Positions 42,201-55,837 of a stretch of DNA of 64,000 nt are shown here, piece by piece. Source of the stretch: Botryllus schlosseri (lineage: Eukaryota). The notes beneath the pieces are model-generated. The model worked only from the letters and a program-made list of their open reading frames with translations. It had not been told where the DNA came from and did no database searches. Every line of letters begins with the position of its first letter. The first letter of the stretch is position 1. A program made the position numbers and the translations under genes. The stretch spans positions 20,894,001-20,958,000 of the forward strand of contig CM119385.1 of NCBI GenBank assembly GCA_051294905.1. The letters are read 5' to 3'.

Positions 42201-42568
42201 GTTGGCTATTGTTATTTAAAACAGCTTTATTCATTTTTCAGGGTTCAGTTCAACTTCTTTATTGCAAAGTGTTTGCGAAGCGACGAATATTTCTAGGCTC
42301 AGTTTCAGTCCGCATAACAAAGAACTCAGCATTGAATTTCGTACGTAGGCTTGGCATTATAGTTAAAGAGTGGGGCATTGACTACTGTTGCAGGAATCAG
42401 AGGTGAAATATGTTAAAATTGAGATGCGCGTTGGGTGTCGGAAATGAGTAGCGAGTAACGCGTTGACGTACTTTTCCATGAATGTATGTAAATTATTGTT
42501 TTTGTCAATGCATAAATCTTTGCTTTTCTTAACACGTTAGCAAAGTCCACATAAAACCCTAAAATACT

Positions 42569-45500
42569 ATGACAATACATCCGTTTCTTCGGTTTCTGTG
42601 GATTTATAAGAAGATTCTAATAGTGCTGCTGACTCCGATTCTGATTTTACCATTACCTCTCACAGCGGGAACAAAGGTTAGTCGATTGTTAGCGACTAAA
42701 ATTGAGGTCATGTACTTCACAATATGCACACTTGCACAGTACATGTATTGGTTGTACGGTATCGCGATCGCAATAGTCTGTAAGGGTAACTATAACCACT
42801 GAATAGAAAGACAATGGAAAGGGTTTTGATTGATTATATCATGTCATAAAGTGATGACGCATCCAATGTAGATTGCACCGTTGGCATATTGACTAAATCA
42901 GGAAAAGGAAAGTCTGTCGCATATAGACTCTCTTTATACTTACTGTGAAATTGATTTGATAAAGGAGTCATCATGCGGATACGTTATAATTTTGATGGCC
43001 GTCTACTGGATCACAGAAGCCCTCCCTCTGGCTGTGACATCACTTGTTCCGCTCATACTATTTCCATTGCTGGGGATATTGAAAGCCAGTGAAGTGGCGG
43101 TACTTTACTTCAAAGATACGAATTGGCTCATGTTCGGTGGATTAATGATTGCTGTGGCGGTCGAAACCTCCGGGCTGCATAAAAGAATAGCCCTTCGAGT
43201 CTTACTGATTGTGGGAGTCAGGCCGAGGTGGTGAGTAAACAACCAAACATATTGTTTTGATTAATGGCGAACGACATATGATTCAATGTGAACTCTATCC
43301 GAAAATATCAGGTTTATAAATTTTTGATTGATAAATCAAATCAACTTGCGGTGTGCTACCGACTAAATCGCTGACTATATGAAACACTCGGCGCCAATTT
43401 CCCTAAGAGAACCTTGTTGCAACTTGCAAGGCAGGAATTTACGTCGGATTATTTTACCAGAGACATTATTCGGCTCGACACTCTCTGAATTACTGTATGC
43501 AGTAGTACAGGGTATCACTGAACCCTACTTAAGGTTGGTGATACATCATGCTGTTCCATGACAGTGTTCACTGTATGCTCATTGCTCATTTGCTCTTCCA
43601 TCAAACGGAAATGACATGCATGTTATATCATTATATAACAAGTAACAACCAGTACGGTTAGGGCTACAAATCTGTTCACAATCATAGATATTTAAAAGGA
43701 GGGAAATATAGATAGACTAATGATGCTACCATGGACTGCAGAATCAACGATATTCTGAGACTTCGTTATAGGTTATTATAACTACTAGGTAGGGTTGCAC
43801 TATCACCTGCAATACGGAATCGTAGTATGGGGAAATGCAATATGCATGCACAACATTTTTTTGCAGAAATAGAACCCTGCAAAATCGTGCGATACGGTCC
43901 GTAAGCATCGAATTTTGCGAGTTGACGAACTATATCGCTTCGAAGTATCAAAAGTTGTTCACAAATATTTTTCCAATAGGTTGCCTCCTGTGTTTGATGA
44001 CTTTTTCATACCTGCTAAAAATGTCCACTCACATTACACGTGATCCTCGTCGAAGGGAAATACTTACCCCTACCCAATAGCAACCTGACCAACAGATCTA
44101 TCGACTACTCGGGACCTATCATCTGGAATGCATTACCACCACATATCCGTGAATTGCCCTATATAAATTCAAAAAATACCAACTTAATCACCTCATGTCG
44201 TTGTATTAACACTGTTGCCCTCACCGAGCTATTTAAACTACCTCGCCCAGACATTGCTTCATTGATCACTTGCTACCATCGTTTACTTTTACTTTTTCTT
44301 TTCCTTTTTTTAAATAACATTTTTTTACAGCCTGACTGTCATGTGTAACTGTTCAATGCGGGTATGTTTATATAGCTCAGTGGTGTGATCAGACTGGTTG
44401 ACCCTCAAGGTCGTATCGATCATTCCTATCTAATACCGAATACTGCCCATGCATATATTCTCTGTACCACCATCATTGCCGTCTGTTGTAATGTATTTTG
44501 GTAGGATGAAAATAAAGACTCTCTCTCTCTCTCTCTCTCTCTCTCTTGAAACATTTTTATTATAATCAATAGTTCAGCAAGTAGATGAACTAGATATAGA
44601 TCATTGGTACGGATTGGATATTTTGATGATGATGACCGCCGATCGTAAAAATGCTGCATAACGATGTATACTATAGTCCTGGTTAAAGATTTTTTTGATC
44701 CGTTTCATGACGGGGGCGGAAGCCTTTTTTCGTCAAAGGAGCCATATTCCCTTATATATTCAATTGCCAATGTCAATCCAATATGACGTCACCATTAAAG
44801 ATTCATAACGCCATGGATTAACAAATACAAAAAAACAACAACAACAATAAAAACATGTTTTAAACAAGACCCAATTTTTAAATTGATTTTCATTTTAAAT
44901 GCAACCCTATACTCTATGTATAACCCCGTCAGCACTCACCACTTATTGTGAAGTTTTCGGTTAGGGCTGTCGAACTTGTAAATGACTCTGATGATTTTTT
45001 GACAGAGCTCATATGATATTATATAATAAATTATCACAGTCAAATTATATAATTCGAGAGATAGGCTGGTGAGATTTTCTTCTCAACCGCAAAATATATA
45101 CAGAATCTATGTAGGCATTGTTTGATAACCATCGCAGAAAGAGAAGATTCTATGAGAAAACACTCGCAATCTGCAGGTTCATGCAATGTATCATGTTACA
45201 TATATTATAGTGACGTCGTAGAAAAAATACGGGCCGAAAAAATCAGTTCGACGTTCTTGCCTTTAACATTGGCTTCAGTGGTCTGATCATATTGAGATTT
45301 TGTTGCGTACTCCCAATATTTTCATATTCTGCAAATACAGGTTGATGTTTGGCTTCATGTCAGTGACATTCTTTTTATCGATGTGGATAAGCAACACCGC
45401 CACCACAGCCATGTTAATTCCAATTGTGGAGGCAATTGTGAAGGAGCTTTACGAGCCAGAGCGTCAAAAGGTAGCCTATGTGAGTAATCAAATTAGCCAA

Positions 45501-48500
45501 GTAGATATACATAACCAGACGTAGCCAAAAAAATTCGAAAGAGTGGAGAATCAGCCGCTATAATCACTATTGATTATGCGAATTGGGTGGCTGGAATAGG
45601 CTCTTTTACTTTTATGGCTTCGCCCGTAACTATAGGAAGCCACAATGCACGACCACGTTCATCCAGCCGAGAATTATATGAAGAGCTGCTTCAGCTTGGG
45701 GTATACATAATTTTATTCAGAACATTATTTTACCACCACCCAGTGTAGGCAGGCCTATTTACTAAGGCTCTAAAATTAAAATATACGTCTAGGCTACTGT
45801 ACAAGTATACAGTTGTATGTTGAATCGGAACGCCTGCAAATAAGTTTGGTGGTCATTTAGGGGCTTGCGACCAGTAAATATTAGTGAGCTTAAAACTGAA
45901 AGTATACCGATGCGATCTTATGGGGGTAAAAATTCATCCACCAATCGCGATTTGACGTCTTTAATAGATTGGAAGCCGTGAGACATCATTGAATGCAAAC
46001 GATGGACATGATAATCCAGCATTCGACAGTGCTAGGGAGAATACAGAAGAGAGCGGTGATGTAAGTAAATTAGCCATTTACACTGCTAATCAATCGGCTC
46101 AATGATGGTTAACTGCCAGTAACTGATCGAGATATAGTCCTGTTTCATTCATACTGGTATCAAGTACTAATAATTTTATGTACCTAAACAGAACAGCATC
46201 CAACCAATCCGAGAAATGAAAGCAGCCACGGAGGAAGATAGAGACAACAATATTATTGAATTGGTATGTAGCATACTATGAATGTTACGCGAAATTTCTC
46301 TTATAAAGTTTAATCACAAATGCAGGAAAGTACGGAAAATACGGACAATGACATGAGCTTCAATCAGAAAAACTCTATCATCAAAGGAATGACGATATGT
46401 ATACCATACGCTGCGAGCATAGGAGGCACAGCAAGTCTCACTGGAACAGTTCCAAACCTCGTGCTCTCGGGACAATTCGAAGAGTAAGTATCTTAGATAT
46501 GGTCAAATTTGTCACTTATATATAGGTCTAATATTATATCGGCCAATAGGCCTAATATAGGCCCATCAAAATTCGCCCGCATCACGCTTGGAGAACAGGT
46601 CACCCTTGACTCATCCACTGAAGCTTGAATCAGAACAGGCAAGGGTCATGACTCTGCCATTGGCACACATTTAATGGATGATTTGTGTGAAGAATTATCG
46701 GCAGAAGCTTTTCATTCGTTCCTTTATGTGCCTCGGAGTCGACTTTGATCAACATCCAACAAACCAGGTCGTGCCGACAGAAGGAGTTCGTGTAGAATCT
46801 CAAAATTATTCAAATTTTACAAGCCTTGACGTCATATTTGGTGAAGCGACTGCTGATTAGGGGTATTCAAAAATGACTTCTTTTCTCAAATTGTGCTGGC
46901 TACTTGATAAAATTGTTAGGTTACCTAATTTAAGCCTGCACACCAAATGTGGTTCAATTCCAACCAGCAGCCGCATTGCTACAGGACAAGAAAGTTTCTA
47001 TTTATTATATAAAAATAAATGAACAAAAATTTCAAAAGTTTCTGTTCACCCTATAAAAGTGTTAAATTGTCTATAGAAACGATGTTCACTAAATTTGGTT
47101 TAATTCCAACCAATGAATCGGAGTTATTGCCGTCGAGAAATTTGGATTATCAATAAAATAGTATTTACGGTGACCAATTATTTATTATAAGTGTGCCCAC
47201 CGTAAATACTATTTTACTCAAATCCAAATTTTTCAATGGCAATAACTCCGCTTCCACTGGTTGGAATTGAGCCAAATTGTGTGAACATCGATTTTATAGA
47301 CAACCAAACCCTTTCATGGGGTAAACAGAGAATTTTGAAATTTTTGTTTATTTATTTTTAAACTATAAATAGAAACTTTCTTCTCCTGTAGCAATGCGGC
47401 TACTGGCTGGAATTGAACCAAATTTGGTGTGTAGGCTTAAATTAGGTAACCTGACAATTTTATCAAGTAGCCAGTACAATTTGAGAAAAATAGTCATTTT
47501 TGAACACCCCTACTGTTGATGTACGAGTTCTAGTTGTTGGCGATTGTGCCAGTGCCCTGACGAGTGTCAGTATAAAATATTTAGGTTTATTTCAACATGA
47601 ATACATTTTATCAATCAAAATTCCGTAATTCATTATGCTCTGTAGATTTAGTACCTGGAATACTTTGACAGTCACTGTTACAGGTATACATATATATATG
47701 TCAGGGGATTGAATGTAGCGATGTTAGCGATGTAAATTTTTGGAAAACCGCTTTTCAAAGAAAATTTGTTTAATAAACTGTTTTCACCGAAAATGTGACA
47801 TTTTAGGATATTCCCCGATGCCACACCGAAGCTTTCCTTTGGAATATGGATTTCTTACTGCCTCCCACAAGCGATCATTACCATGCTTCTAGCCTATTGC
47901 TGGCTCTCACTTTGGTTTATAGGCGTTGGGTAAGTCAAGAAATTCCGTTATCACGAGAAATAATTTATGTACAGGGATGGTCGCATTTTAGAGATTGCAT
48001 GAAATGTCGCAAAAGGAATGATGAAGATGAAGCTTCAGAGACCCGAGGAAAAGGTGTTATAAAAAGAGAATATGCAAAGCTCGGAAAAATGACGTATGTT
48101 GTCCATCACACTTGTAGGGGAGACCGGGGACAAATGTAACTAGGGGCAAATGTAACAATCGACCTCACCGCTAGTAGGATGGAGAAATCAGCTTGATATT
48201 TTAAGTGCGCATGCAGTAGTTATCTCTTCTATTATACCTTGAGTTACGTTGAGCTACGATGCGAAACCCCGGAATAATTTGCAAAAAACGGAATTTTTGA
48301 CCCTCGAGTAAAGTTTTTCTGGTCTGGAATAATTTGTCTAGACGAATAGTGCCTCAAGTAGTTACAACATAATATGTGTAGCTGGAACAATGTTACTATA
48401 GTCTACCGTGGTGATAGGAAGAATAGGACTTTCATCGCCGGGAAGGTACCATACTGAGACGCTAATCATGGTCGAGCGTGTCAGGGGCAATCGTAACACT

Positions 48501-51500
48501 CTGTTACTTTTGCCCCGTTACAATATGTTATCAATTCTGAATGTCTTTGTTCATATGTTGGTATTACCATTCATCTACTGCAGAATAATCTTGCAACAGC
48601 CAGAAGTTCACCAGAACAGATACTGCCTTGCGATACCAATTCTAACATGATCATCTGTCGAAACGGCCATGCAATAGTGGTGATGTGAATCTGACGGTTT
48701 GGTTATTTCCGTGATTCAACCACCCTTTCACACGTTGATCGACTTTTGGTGTGTCGAACTTCAATAGTCATGGCTTAATTCTCGTCCTCTGACTTTGATC
48801 ATGGCCCACTTACATTTTGATATTTGATGTGAACAATTTATGTTAATTTTCTACAGCACAGATAAATGTCATTATAGCTTTGACGCCGCACAATGTTGCG
48901 TCCTCGTTTTACTATACTATCATCGGTCCATTCAACCAAGATATGTTAGCCAGGTCGGTTTCGCACCTTCGCAGGTGACCGAATGACCAACCCATTACGC
49001 CCGCTAAACAACAGAACCTTGGTAGAAGAGGCCGAATATGTGTAGGGAGATGATGGAATGAATTTGTCTCTTGTACACTTTAAGCTTGAACAAGACACGA
49101 ACGGTGATATTGCATTCAGGTGCCATAAATGCGATGGGGCGTAGCCTGGAAGCGTTTAAAAGTCTCTTCCTTTAGTTTCATGCAATAATACAATTTGTGC
49201 TTCCGTTTTCGTTGTTCATTTAGTTTGTGTTTAGTTATAAATAACACTGTTACAATTGCCCCGCAAGGGTGTTACAATTGCCCCTGGGTACGGGGCGATT
49301 GTAACATTTGAGCAGCGATTTTTGCGACCCAAAATTTCCATGATTGATTGTTGATTGAGTTCCAATTTAGTTTTCATATCAACTATCGAGTTGTTGGCTT
49401 CTTTATATAAAACTTTGAAAGTGAAATTTCCACGAGAAAAACACGTAATGTTGGAAAATACGAAAAGTGTTACAATTGTCCCCGGTCTCCCCTACCTTAC
49501 CGATAACAATGTAGCCTACCCACCCCACACACGCGTGCATTGCATACACAGGCGGTTGCATGAATTCAGATAATAAAATTTCGACTCATCCCTTCGAGCT
49601 ATGCAATAATATTTCGGAATTAGAATCAACTACTGGCCTACGTGGGCTAATTGTAGCGTATAATTATAATGAACGTACGTAACACATCTCTGCACAAAAT
49701 TCTTTGCCGGCCACTGATCTTTATCTTTTGACGATCGCGCGCTATGGTGAGTGATTCGACCTTGCGCAGAGCCTTGAGGGCACTTAGCGCAAGACCATAT
49801 ATTACATTCCAATTCAAGACTTGTTGACTGCATGACTTCATTGCTGGCTTAGTATCTATTGCGATGTTCCATTGGAACAGCGAGGTCTAGGATTCGTTTA
49901 TTGTCTTCACATTCGTTCCCGGTATACTGGAAAATCAAACATTCTTTATCTTATATCTATAGTCAGGCAAAAAGATTGCAGTAGACCCAATTTGGTAGTA
50001 AGAATACACTTCTTTCTGGAATAAAATAACGAAAATAGAGAGCGCAGCAGCCAATACTAAACTTTTCAATTTTACTTTCAATCCAAGCTTTCCTGGTAGC
50101 TCTGGGGCCACCACAAAACATTCCTGTGATCCCTCCACTCCTGTGAGCTTAGACAAAAGACGAGTTTGTTTGTTTGTTTTATTCGCACAGCATTGGCGCT
50201 TATCGCCTATAAGGTCATTTGCGCCCAGTACATCAATTTCAGTAATGTCAACGGTCTTTTACGGTCTTTTTCGTCAGATTACGGACGACTTTCATGCACG
50301 CGCTCTTCAACCATCAGTCTCTCTCGATTTTCATGCGCCCGCAACTTAGTCTTTTTGATGCCATCTTTCAGGAGTTCGGCTCTCTCTTCCTCTGGGCTGT
50401 CAAGGCGCTGTATTTACAGCGGGATCGGCGATGAAGAGCCCAGATAAACCTCCGACACATAGAAACATAGCCGAGCCGAGACTCGAATCAGCAACCATTG
50501 GTGTCGTGACTGCAGTGTTTAACCAACTGCGCCACTCGCTTCCCCACAAAAGACGAGTGTGTATTTTCCACGCGTGTACCACCCTGATATACGAGTGTGA
50601 ATAGGCAGTTTTAGGCACCCATATGGCACACGAAATCAGAACCGACCTCTGACTTAAAGTCGTATAGGAACGTAGGAAGGTATGCATGCACGTAGCGTAG
50701 GATGAATGACCGCGATATAATTCTGGGTTAAGCTCTGTTATCGTGTACCACCTTTTGCCAGTTTGGGTGTGGACTAACGCGCTCTTTTCGGTAACATTGC
50801 GTAGGGTTAAGAACAAGTGGCGTATGTAATATCGAGAAGAGAGCCTATCCAAGGGAAAGAGAATTATCTGAACGGCACGTCTGACCCAATGTTTATCTGC
50901 AGAGGTGGTCAGTAACGAAGTACTTCAAATTTTTCGAAGTACTCAAGTAGGTTTTGCCTATACTCACACCATACTTACTCGTGTGGTTATGTTTTTTACT
51001 ACTTCTACATCTATAGAAGTATAGAAGTATTGGCCTGTATATTTGACTGATCCTGGATTAGCCTATATTAGGTAGAAAGAACTTTGTGGATATCTCTCCA
51101 TCTTCTTTGTCTGTGAAATCTTTATACCAACTAATGTGTCATTTGTTGCAAAGATGCGTCTTGCAAGTACGAAAGTAGCCACCTTTGATCGACTGCTAAC
51201 AGTATGCGACGCATTGACAAAATTTACTTATACTTATTTGAGTACTTTTAGTGCTTTATGTTCCGTTTCCACTATAGGAGTAGTTTTGAAAAACCATGTT
51301 TGCATATGCTCAATAGGCAATATGCAGGTAGACAAACGAGACTACTTCTACTTGCAATTGAGTAGAAATTTTTGGCGACACTTCAACTTCCATTTGAGTA
51401 CCAGCGATGGCTACCTCGACACAAGTCTGAGACTCAGAATCCATTCACCAATCAGTCAACGCGCCACTCAATTTTGCGCTGTTTTTATTTTCACCAGGTG

Positions 51501-53761
51501 GGCAGAAGTCACTGTGCTATCGGTCTTCGCGTTAACTGCGTTGCTGTGGTTTTTCCGGAATCCTGGCTATATGACAGGATGGTCGATCCTCTTTGAGGAA
51601 TCATACGTATCGGATGGTACCGTCGCTGTATCCATGGCGTTTTTATTGTTCTTTCTACCGCGAGTCAAGCCTGAGTTCATAAATTACTTCAAGAGCGGGC
51701 TGAAAGGCGAGTTGGTCAAAGTATTCAGTTTGAGAGTCATAACCAGCAGTATTTGACTTTAAAATACATATTTCAGATGGACGATATCAGTCTGTGCCTG
51801 GAGTTTTAGATTGGCGAACTGCTCAGAAAATGTTTCCGTGGGATGTAACGCTTTTACTAGGAGCCGGCTTTGGAATAGCCGGGGCCGCAACGGTAAGACG
51901 CAATCTCAGAACATATTGGAAACAAATGTTTCATCACAGCAAGGTCTTCGTTTCAATATTTTATAACGAGTGTTTTTATGTCTTTCTTTCGAACGCTGCC
52001 TATAGAGCCGCACTGTATGGTTCTTTGTGCGTATTTTACAGTTTCAGCAAACCCTGTTACTCCTCAGATTTGTCTTCCAAATTGTACGAATGTAAGAGGG
52101 GTAATAAAAACATGAAATTAGCAACACACTCAATATATATTGACATTCCCTCATAATTTCTTTCCTGTCAATATTTAAATATTTTGCGTGTATAATTTTC
52201 ATAATTGTGAATATCATGAAAAGTAAAATATAGGACTTGTTTTAAAAGGTGCTATATGAAAACTAGAACTAGTGCAGTAAAAGTAGTCTAAACTCGTAAC
52301 CACTTGAGTAATTATAGTGCACGTATTCAAAACCTACTTGAGTACTTCGTTTGCTGACGAACTCTGCTTGCATGTGTCCAGTTGCATTCTTTCTATTCTA
52401 TTTCACGTCCAAGCACAGCAACGGCTGTAAAGGTGTTCTGATAAATGCTCCGTGATGTTTTGAAAATGGTCCTTAAGCTACACTTTGGCGTGTATTCACA
52501 CCCTTGAACCACCCGTGATGTATGGGTTTCACGAAACCAGAACCAATCTCTGACTTATACCAAGGTAAAAATCAAATGCAACATTTTAATCCAAACGTAG
52601 GGATTTTATAACATCGGCATAATTTTGTTAGGGTTAGGATAAGGTTCTGTTCTCGTGTTCCGCCCTTCGTAACTACTTGGTTTTCGTTCAGAAATCTGGC
52701 CTTTCCGCCTGGTTCGGAGAACAACTCAGCGGGCTTAAAGGAATCGATGACTGGATAGTTTGCCTAACAATGACGACGTTCATTTGTCTCATGACCGAAA
52801 CAACAAGTAACACAGCAACGTCTTCACTCTTCGTGCCGATCTTGGCAGAACTGGTGAGATCCTTGTCGTGCAATCGTTTTCCTTACTACACTCTGAACAT
52901 TGTGAAAAAATCTCGAATTGAGATGGTATAGCTCTTCGTAAAAATACATAAAAATGATATACTAGCAGTAGCCTACCCTTCTAACCTTTTATGATGTACT
53001 GTATACTAAATCTAGGATCACCATATGTCCTTCTTTTTGATCTGAAAAAAGTGTCCTCCTTTCCCGATTCCAAAATATGGTAACCCTATTAATCGCATTA
53101 CTATACTAGTGTATATAATTGAGAGATTAATGCTTAGAAAATATCAGCAACTCCACGAGGACCTAATCGTGGCGTTCACCTGCAGGATATAAACCGCTGC
53201 TTTAATGTGTCAAGTTTGTCATGCACCCTTGCATACCCTTTCGTAGTGATGATAGCATGTAGTATATTTGGTGCACCGTGTACACCGGTTGAAGAGCACT
53301 GGCCTATATGGAGGCACACAAATTTTACACATGCTCCTGCAGATATATTGGTTTAACTTCGCTTCTATCTGGTATCACTTTTTAGGCAAAGACTTTAGAG
53401 GTGCACCCTCTATATCTGCTATTACCGCCTATTATCGCTGCCTCATTCGCCTTCATGTTGCCAGTTGCAACTCCGCCGAATGCTATCGCGTTTTCGTACG
53501 GTCGAATAACTGTGTGGGATTTGGTATGAATGCGCAAAATTCATTAACCACCTCGTCAAAGTACTTTAACCTTGCTTATCATTATAGGTTAAAGCTGGTT
53601 GGATGGTTAATATCATTGGAATTCTAGTAATCACGCTTTCCATCAATACCTTCGGGGTGGCGTTTTTCAACCTGCGAGAATTTCCTGATTGGGCGAATTC
53701 CACCATGAATGAAGTGGCTACAAACGGTACAGGTATGGAAATTAAATCGGTCGACCCATAG
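42569..53761 (+). CDS. SLC13/DASS family Na+-dicarboxylate/citrate cotransporter (SLC13A2/3/5, Indy-like), 13 exons
   Basis: Exons 42569-42676, 42965-43230, 45341-45470, 45968-46060, 46192-46263, 46326-46483, 47807-47929, 47992-48093, 51498-51706, 51777-51892, 52692-52853, 53386-53523, 53588-53761. [21 protein letters not shown], two SNTAT motifs, [13 protein letters not shown] and [13 protein letters not shown]. Exons 4-5 encode a poorly conserved loop and are less certain. Confidence 0.95.
43770..44546 (+). mobile_element. Decayed CR1/L2-group LINE 3' end with (CT)n tail; 3'UTR copies ~54345-54510(-), ~56360-56490(-)
   Basis: [19 protein letters not shown] and [18 protein letters not shown] motifs with frameshifts. 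Confidence 0.75.
46630..47600 (+). mobile_element. Second Penelope-like remnant with degenerate hammerhead module, split by a MITE (SLC13 intron 6)
   Basis: DSAIGTHL (~46650) and [19 protein letters not shown] (~46735-46790), frameshifted; CTGACGA-GTGTCAGT-ATAAAATATT at 47557-47581. Confidence 0.75.
46858..47512. mobile_element. Foldback hAT-type MITE, family C
   Basis: TAGGGGTATTCAAAAA...TTTTTGAACACCCCTA, TSD CTGCTGAT/CTGTTGAT. Confidence 0.9.
48117..49492. mobile_element. Tc1/mariner-pogo-like non-autonomous element (SLC13 intron 8)
   Basis: TIR GGGGAGACCGGGGAC / GTCCCCGGTCTCCCC flanked by TA on both sides, GGGGCAA(A/T)TGTAAC subterminal repeats. Confidence 0.8.
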
Positions 53762-54330
53762 TGAGCGACTGAGCGTGTTACAATCTGTTACATCGCCAGC
53801 AAAAAATACACCGCTACCTGCTCTAATATTCTGCGCTATGTATAAAATAAAGATTATTAATAAAGCTATAAAACCTAAATCTTGTATATTTATTACAGGG
53901 TTGTGTTAGTATCCGTTGAAAATCTGTCAACACCTTGCGATGAATGAGGACACTGTACGCTAACAAACGTTGCAGAAACGTGGGATGCTCTGCAAGATGT
54001 GTTTCTGTACATGCCTTATTGGTTTGGATAAAGACTATATATAGCTTATAATAATCGTTTATTAATTAGCACACACGCACACCATACATTAGCCTAATGC
54101 ATTGTATACATATGATACAAGCAAACACACACACACGCGGAGAGAACTATTTTGAATGATTTTGATAGAACTGTTCATCCGTTACTTTGTTGTTTTGCCA
54201 GAGGTTATCAAGATCCCCCTCGGAGGGACATGGCACGGATTTCATCGACATTCTAGCGCAGCTGGACTGTTGTGGACCGATATAAATTGAATCACGATCG
54301 CGTTATTTCGCAACTGCATTCTTGTGTGTG

Positions 54331-54369
<39 letters not shown>

Positions 54370-54890
54370 TCTTTATTTTCATCCAATCAAAATGCAAAAC
54401 ACACGGAAGTGATGCATGCACATTGCACAATGCACATGCACAGTATTTGGTATTAGATAGGAATGATCGATAAGACCGTGAAGGTCATCTAGTCTGATCA
54501 CACCAGCATCAAACAGGTAACATGGTTGGGTTATATTTTTGATCCGAACAAGTCACACATCATGTACAATGCGATAAGACACAATGCGATGTCATGAACA
54601 AATAGGAGGATGTAGAACGACACGCATCAGTAGCGATCCTTTACTCTAACATCCACCTCGGCCGAGAGTGCCCGATGTCACAGTTCCTTTTCGATGTTGA
54701 TCTCTTTGAGACCGCGGCCCTTTCTACTAGTTCTTTTCCATTCATTGTGAGTGCTTTCTTTCGTCGGGTCTTTTTCTGGGCTTTTTTTTTTGTCGCCGTA
54801 AGAACGGCAACGGCAGGGGAAGAGGAGCCCAGATAAACCTCCGACGGGAATCGAACGCGGTTCGTCTGCGTGCTGGGCGCTTATCGTAAC

Positions 54891-55500
54891 CAGTCAGTCA
54901 GTCAGTCAGTCAGGTTTATTAATATTTTCATCGTTTCAAATCATCACAAGACTGCGATACAATGAAAAGATAGGAAGGTGTCGAAACAACTTGGAGTAGC
55001 CATTAAGATCAGACACCCACCTTAGCCTAGGCGAAGTAAATAAGAGGCATGCACACTGAATGAAAAGTAATGCAGAGAATATAAGACGCAAGCGACAAAA
55101 TGGGGTGGCATGTGGCGGAGGGCGAGGTTGATGTTAGGTCGTGGTCCGGTAATCCTGAAGACTGGCTAGTATTGATTTAGAAGAAATTGCTTGTATTTCG
55201 ACTGGAATGCGGACATGCTCGACGACTGTCGGATAGCCGGCGAGATGCTGTTCCACAATTGGGGTCCGGCATACTTGATAGAGCAATGCGTTTTCTTGTA
55301 TTGAGTCCTGATCATATGGTAGTTGTTCTTCGTTGACGCGCGCGTGCTGTACTTGTGCGCTTTTGTCTCCAAGGTGAAGTAGTCCTTGAAATTTGAGGGA
55401 CATTGACCGCAATGGAACTGATACATAAACTTGGCAATTTCTAGCTTCCTCATATCTTCTAAGTTTAGAACACCAAATCTTTTGAGAAGCGATTTATCAG
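54891..55500 (-). mobile_element. 5'-truncated CR1/L2-group LINE with (CTGA)n tail; 3'UTR copies 8490-8782(+), ~62190-62290, ~63650-63960
   Basis: ORF2 C-terminus FKDYF...HKYSTR...SIKYAGPQLWNSI...FQSKYKQFLL* followed by a 3'UTR nearly identical to 8510-8782. Confidence 0.85.
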
Positions 55501-55837
55501 TTGCACATCCAAGCCCCCGTGGGGCTTTGGCAATGATACGGATGATCCGATGTTGAAGTTTTTACACTTGACTCTAAACAGTTTGGCTGTGAAAATGTTA
55601 GTTAAAAAAGTAAAATAGAAGAAAAATTAAACGATGGTAGCAAATGATCAATGAAGCAATGTCTGGGCGAGGTAGGGCAACAGTGTTAATATCAACAACA
55701 ACAATCATTGGGTTATAATTTTTTCATCTGAACAAGTTACACACAATGTACAATGCGATGTAATGAACAGATAGGAGGATGCCGAACGACACGCATCAGT
55801 AGCGATCCTTTACTCTAACATCCACCTCGGCCTAGAG

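Noticed and set aside
42851-42950. Intronic C/D box snoRNA
   Set aside because: A C box (GTGATGA) is present but there is no D box or terminal stem at a suitable distance.
47930-47974. 45-nt intron in SLC13
   Set aside because: It leads to a stop; the acceptor at 47991 (62-nt intron) keeps the frame.
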